A stretch of DNA of 63,019 nucleotides, counting the filler, from Circinaria calcarea (taxonomy: Eukaryota): NCBI GenBank assembly GCA_051942165.1. It is 11 parts of 11 records of this genome, joined end to end, with 100 filler letters (N's around TTAATTAATTAA, not from the genome) between each part and the next. Parts side by side here need not be neighbours in the genome. Positions count along the whole stretch, not along the records: positions 57,404 to 63,019 come from JAVECS010001844.1; 10 more parts are not named here. One strand, written 5' to 3'. Numbering within the stretch: position 1 is the stretch's first letter; each line of letters starts with the position of its first letter. The position numbers were made by a program, and so were the translations under genes. Below the pieces are notes generated by a model. It was not told the DNA's origin. It did no database searches and saw only the letters and a list, made by a program, of their open reading frames with translations. Shown here piece after piece: positions 57,724-63,019 of this stretch.

Positions 57724-60700
57724 CAAGGTAGATTTAGGATGTGGGTGAGGCGTCGGCAGGAGGTAAGTTAAGTGAGTCTGAGGTGCGGGACAAGAGGATC
57801 AAACAGTAAATTAAATTGGTCTTGACAGAGCTTAGCACCAATTAGTTCGGCATTGACATGGAGAACAAAGAGATCAAGAAAGACGAGATTGAATTGATAA
57901 TAAGGGTTATTCCTGCGCCCTTGAGAGAGAAGACGTTCCAGCGGCAGTAGTCTCTAACGACTCGAGCCCTCAGAACATTGCACACTTGCAGTAATTCAGC
58001 CTCGTAGTTTTAAAATGGCGGGATTCCTTCCCTACGATGTGAACGACAGAGGAGCAATCATGAGCATTACTTCTCAAAGGTGTTCCGTTGATGTATCATC
58101 CCCTTGCAAAACTGATAGAGCAATATTTTGGAATTGCCATGTCGTGCAAGTGTTGTGCGACGCTTCAAAGAAACGTCAATTTCATCAACGTTTTCGGTTC
58201 GACGGTAAAGCGGAGGTGGGTGTTTCGCGATACCCAAGCGCGGAATTGCAGTGGAGTACTTGCGGTGAGACTGATATGCGAGCGCTTCAAATTTGAAGCG
58301 TTTAACTTGCATGCTATGCCAAGGAAAGTGTACACTCTCGTCTGCTTTATTGGCCGGATTCTTTAGCGGAGTGTAACATCCACCAAAGAGCGACACCTTG
58401 ACTCCCCGTGCAGTTGGTCTTGGCTTTCTGCTATCGTACTTTCCCCTCTAACGCATCCACGCTTATAGCTTCACCTTCTGAAATCCGAACTTCCGTATGG
58501 TTCCGGACCTCCAGTTCCGTAAGTCGATATCGCAGCTCTCAAGGATACGTCTTGCAGATACACCTTTGTGGCGCGCCGGTCGTTTGTAACGCAGTAAAAA
58601 CGAATTGCTTCTTGGTGCCTTTTCACCGTAAAAGTGCTGGATCATTCGGGAGAAGATTCTGCATCTGTATGCCAGCTGTACTTCAAGCTTTGTATTATAA
58701 AACAGATCCTCGGTAGCGGGCTCAACCACTGCGAGGAATGGACGAGTAGGTCAAGGTTTGAAAGGTTGATAGAAAGGAAAGGGTCAATGTACAAAGCTTC
58801 AGCAGCTACAAGCCAGAGGATCAAATTGAAGAAGGGGTTTGACATAGCGAAAACTCGAGATGGATGAAAAGCAAACCGACTTTGCCATGACAATGCTGTA
58901 CTCACGCTACACTCTTTGCTGGTGGCAAAGCCGAGCTATCTAAAATTTCTCTAGCCACGGCTCCATCTTGAAGTTTGACACAATAAGCTGACGTGAGTTA
59001 TATTGCATTGTAGCTACCGCAAACCCACTGCGCTGAATGTCGGAGAAGTATTCTAGCTCCCCCTCCTAACCCAGGATATTTCGAGTTCAGATGAATGGTG
59101 ATTGAGCAAAGGATGCACGGTATATTGTAGGTGCATAATAACGAAGTTTTCCTGCGTTTGCACCAGCATGATAGTAGCCCAGTCAAGGCAATAAGCATAG
59201 ATATGGCAGTAAATCCGTCTGAAGCCAAGCGACTTGGGTCGTTTAATATGGTCGGAGTAACGCCTAAGGACACCGCGACAGCTTGCAGACTTCTGCTAGT
59301 TGGATGTTAGAGACATGACCGGATTGAGGGGACTGGTGTAGCCCTTGATTGGTCTAAATGGCACATGGTCCAAAGAGCATCCTATCTAGATTATTACAAC
59401 GACGGTTGAGCCAACACGATTCTGTAGGCATGCATAGAATTGTTTCCTGTATACTCAAAGGACGGAGATTTGTCTATGAAGGTAGAAGTTTGGCGGAGTT
59501 CGGTTTGTTTACGTGTTCATATGGGTAGCTCTGGAATAGGCCTAGTGCGTATGAATTCCATGCTAGCAACATGTAATAAGTCAGTACTCCGCATTGAAAC
59601 GTTATTTCTCTCCATCTACAGCTTATCCTAGACATTGCAAAAATCACGCCTTCTCGTGTGGCAGCAAGACGCTTCAGATGCAGTTTTCTGCTTCTTACCG
59701 CAGGGCTATTCCTTTTGCTCCTTGACCGCGAGGTACGCGGACTACAGCCCTTCGTGGAGACAGTCTAAGACGCTCGCGGAGGTACCCTCAGCAGGCTATG
59801 TGATCAGTCTCTATAGAAGAATGGTCTTTCTCCCGTTCGCTTTGATATAGGATCACGCTTTTCCTCGATTTCTGCACCAATCTTAAATACCTATTGGCCT
59901 CTATGACGGTCGAGAGGGAGCTCCTGCCGGTCATGCTGAGGGGCCTATTTTGGGGACTAGGGCCAAGGAAAGACTTGAAAGGAATTTAGCGTATAACCTC
60001 GAGGTTTTGAAAATAGGAGGCACCGCGAGAAGGAGCCTACAAACATGGACTGGGCATCGATTCTGCAGCACAGTTCATCGGCGTTGCTCTTGGTGGCGAA
60101 GGGGCGGATTTTGGTGGAGCCCAGAGGAGTTTAACCCGGACATTGGGCAAAAACAGAATATGATTTGAGAAATAGAAGGCAGGGCCAGGTCCCAAAAGAA
60201 GTCAGGATTTGGGCCATTGGAAACATCGGAAAAGGAACTTTCTGAGAGTGTACCTGCGGCATGGGCTAAGGGCTACGGAGGGCGGGAAGATAGTTTAATA
60301 AGAGTTATTATCATCGGGTGTTACACCGGCATCTAACTATTGCGCTTCACGAAATACCTCTTATACCAGATAAATGCTTGCTATGAAGCAACATGACGGG
60401 AGTGGTGTACAACCGTATGGGAAGGAATTGGCGACTACGATCAAACAACTGACCTATCATTACTTAGTATAAGAGGACAGAGTGGGTGTGGGAAGATTGG
60501 TGTTGAAATAATATAGTCTGCATGCGACTTGTCTGTACAATCTGTTATTGTACTCGAAGAAAATGCCATAATGCTAACCACAGGAACGGGGAATTGTGGA
60601 TACGGCTACAAGATTTGAGGCAGGTAGTTGCGATCCTTTTCTAGGATTTGAGTCCATGACAATGTTGCAGTGACTTGCAAGTGTTTGTTTCACTTTTGCA

Positions 60701-61600
60701 ATCTGGATTCTTACCTTCACTTCTCTGTCTGGCTCTTGATGCTTTGGCTTTCTCTCTTGCTATTACTGTATTCACTCTCCAGTCTGGCTGCCGATGCCTT
60801 CACTTCTGTCCGATTCGTGCTGCTTGTGAGTCTGTGATGTATGTTGTCTACCTAGTTCTTCCCTTTCTATACTCGATTTCATAAGCTCAACACTTCAATG
60901 TGTCTTAGATTGTTTCCTGTTAGTCTAGGCGTTTTCACTGGACTTAATGCCGACAACTCTTACTCCACGCGCCGTATCGAATTTCCATAATATCCACCAT
61001 GGGTACACATGCACCGCCCGCCTCCTGCCCCATGTACATACAGGATCGAACAACAGGATGATGAACAGTAGTCCTAACTGTCATGTCGGCCAATGCTCAC
61101 GCTCGTAAGAGGGTATATTTAGAAATTGGCGTCCACCCTAGTCAAAAGAGAAGGCACCTTGCCTCCGTACAAATTATCCATGCCATCGTACCATCTGTTG
61201 ACAGCGACACGGTCAGGTTTCCTAATCAAAGTAGCTGAAAGGTAATATCCCGAATGTCACTTGGTCAACGACCTTCCACCGCGCACTTGTACTACTATTT
61301 ACACGAAACAACGGATGAGTTTACGAGGATCAAGCTATCACCTAATTTATCTCACGCAAGGTTGCTTTGCTAACGCCGAGTATGTATGTATGCTACGAAC
61401 TAGATACATCTTCCACTTGGGTTTGAAGTACTGTCTCATGTTTGTTGCGAAACTGTTTCGTGTCAAGTATAGGCGATTTCGCGGTGCTTCACACGAGATG
61501 TACGTCTTAGTATTTAAGGCCTGATAGATATCTTATGCTGTAAATAGCCAATGAAACGTTTGACTTTACTCTACTGGACCTTTTGATCTCGGTTTTCAGA

Positions 61601-62507
61601 ATGCGCTTCCATCTCGTTTACGGGAAAGGACTGTTCAAGTACATTCTCATTGCGCTCTTCTTTGCCAGCCATGTGGTTGCGCAGTCAAGTAGGTTTGCCA
61701 TACTTGTGTTAAGCGTCTCCCTACTAACTCCAGCAAAGGAACAGATATATTCTATCCAAGTGGTAACTACCTAATCTACGGATGCGGCGCCTCAACCGAG
61801 GCGATCAAAGCCATTCTCGGACAAGTCCACCAACACCTTCAAAAAGCCATTGAGACCATCGAGAGCGCGGGTCCCTCTACTGAAACTTACAATGCATTCT
61901 TCCGAGGTGTCGACCCAAAGATCGTCACAGGCGTGTTTAGAAGAATAATTGCAGGAGGAAACATTATGGTCAACGGTCAGCCACAGCATCCCAGCATCAC
62001 CTGCCCGCATGCGAATCACCCCATGCTGCGAGAGCACTGGAAGCTATGCGAGGGTATGAAAAGGTTCGCCTATCACGACGAATCCCAATTCGTCTTCCTC
62101 TGCCCTCGCACCCTCCGCCTGCCAGCATACCCGAACGTGAGAGATTGTGTCCGGCGGACCAATTCAAAGAATAGGGGCATCAGTCTTCTCGAAACCCAGT
62201 TCACCATCCTCCTTCACGAGCTGGTGCATGTGTACCTCAACCGTCCGAACCTGAAGCCGGAGGTGTACGGCATCTTCGAGTGCCTGGAGTTGCCACCTGA
62301 AAAGTCCGTCGCCAATGCGGGGAGCTATGCTTTTTACATTGCCAGTATGTTGACCCTTTGTTCTCCTTCGTTCGTTGCTTCCGGGGATCCTCCGAACTGA
62401 CCAAATTTTTCTCCGGGATAGATTTGGTGGCGGGTTGCAAACAATTCCGGCCGGCGAGACGGCCGGATCAACATGAGTTGCTGGAGACGGAGATCCATCG
62501 CCTCTAA
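61601..62507 (+). CDS. Secreted HEXXH zinc metalloprotease (M35/deuterolysin-like fold), 3 exons
   Basis: Signal-like exon 1; YNAFF, VFLCP, ILLHELVHVY (62215-62229), PEVYG, NAGSYAFY; GT..CTAAC/CTGAC..AG introns; stop 62505-62507. Confidence 0.82.
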
Positions 62508-63019
62508 GCAACGGGGAAGAGGGGCGTGTAGAATGGTATGGATTGTCTCAATCATTCCCACACAGGCACGCTTCGGTGGGGAACGGGCTAAATAAATATG
62601 ATATACTGCATCGGGGAAATTCAACCCCTTGTTGCTAATAGCACCTTTGGCGGTTACGTAAAGGGGGTGGCTTGGAGTCAAACCAATGAGGGGATAACAG
62701 TACCGTTGATTTTGGGCGCTTGTCCTATTATTATTTTGGTTACTAAACCCGCCTGGGTTTTATCCCCTCAAATCGAACTCTGAAACTTATCGGAAGTCAC
62801 ACCCTGTAGACCCGATTAGGCTTAGCGGCTTGGTGCTTCCCATGGTGTAAAAGGCGAGAGTAGCGTACACATGGAAAAAGCGAGTAAACCTTCACATCAT
62901 GCATGCCCACCTGCCTTTGTTCAATAGTAACTTCGAGCGGCTTATGTACCATACCATCCTGCCTATTTCAAATGTTTCCCCCCTCCCTGTATTACCCCCG
63001 GGGGGGGGGAAGGTGAGGG

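Noticed and set aside
58015..61524. Numerous 60-110 aa ORFs between the KP4-like and protease genes
   Set aside because: Overlapping on both strands with no family motifs; consistent with chance ORFs or unrecognisable relics.

Overview
Fungal (Pezizomycotina; several gene families suggest a lichen-forming Lecanoromycete, by inference) nuclear DNA. The window is NOT one locus: it is 11 contigs of 5651-5616 bp in descending size order, joined by ten artificial 100-bp N44-TTAATTAATTAA-N44 linkers, so gene neighbourhoods are only meaningful within a contig. Recognisable intron-containing or contig-truncated genes: a beta-hydroxyacid-dehydrogenase-like oxidoreductase, an O-methyltransferase, an auxilin-like Swa2, a PI-PLC C2 end, a CorA-like protein, a kelch membrane protein, a DHA1 MFS transporter, glucosylceramide synthase, the CAF-1 large subunit, a LITAF protein, the PP4 catalytic subunit, a Coa2-like protein, She9/Mdm33, a KP4 killer-toxin-like protein and a secreted HEXXH metalloprotease. 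There are also four clear pseudogenes (SDR, a membrane protein, a NACHT-WD40 NLR, DUF3433-like), two solo-LTR families, a RIP-ruined pogo/Fot1 transposon and a dispersed perfect-palindrome repeat. The most intriguing item is an intronless 584-aa orphan (13689-15443) with an apparently intact USP/USPL1-like Cys-His-Asp protease core, basic NLS-like clusters and a C-terminal SUMO-interacting-type motif. All family calls come from motif recognition by eye; no searches were run.
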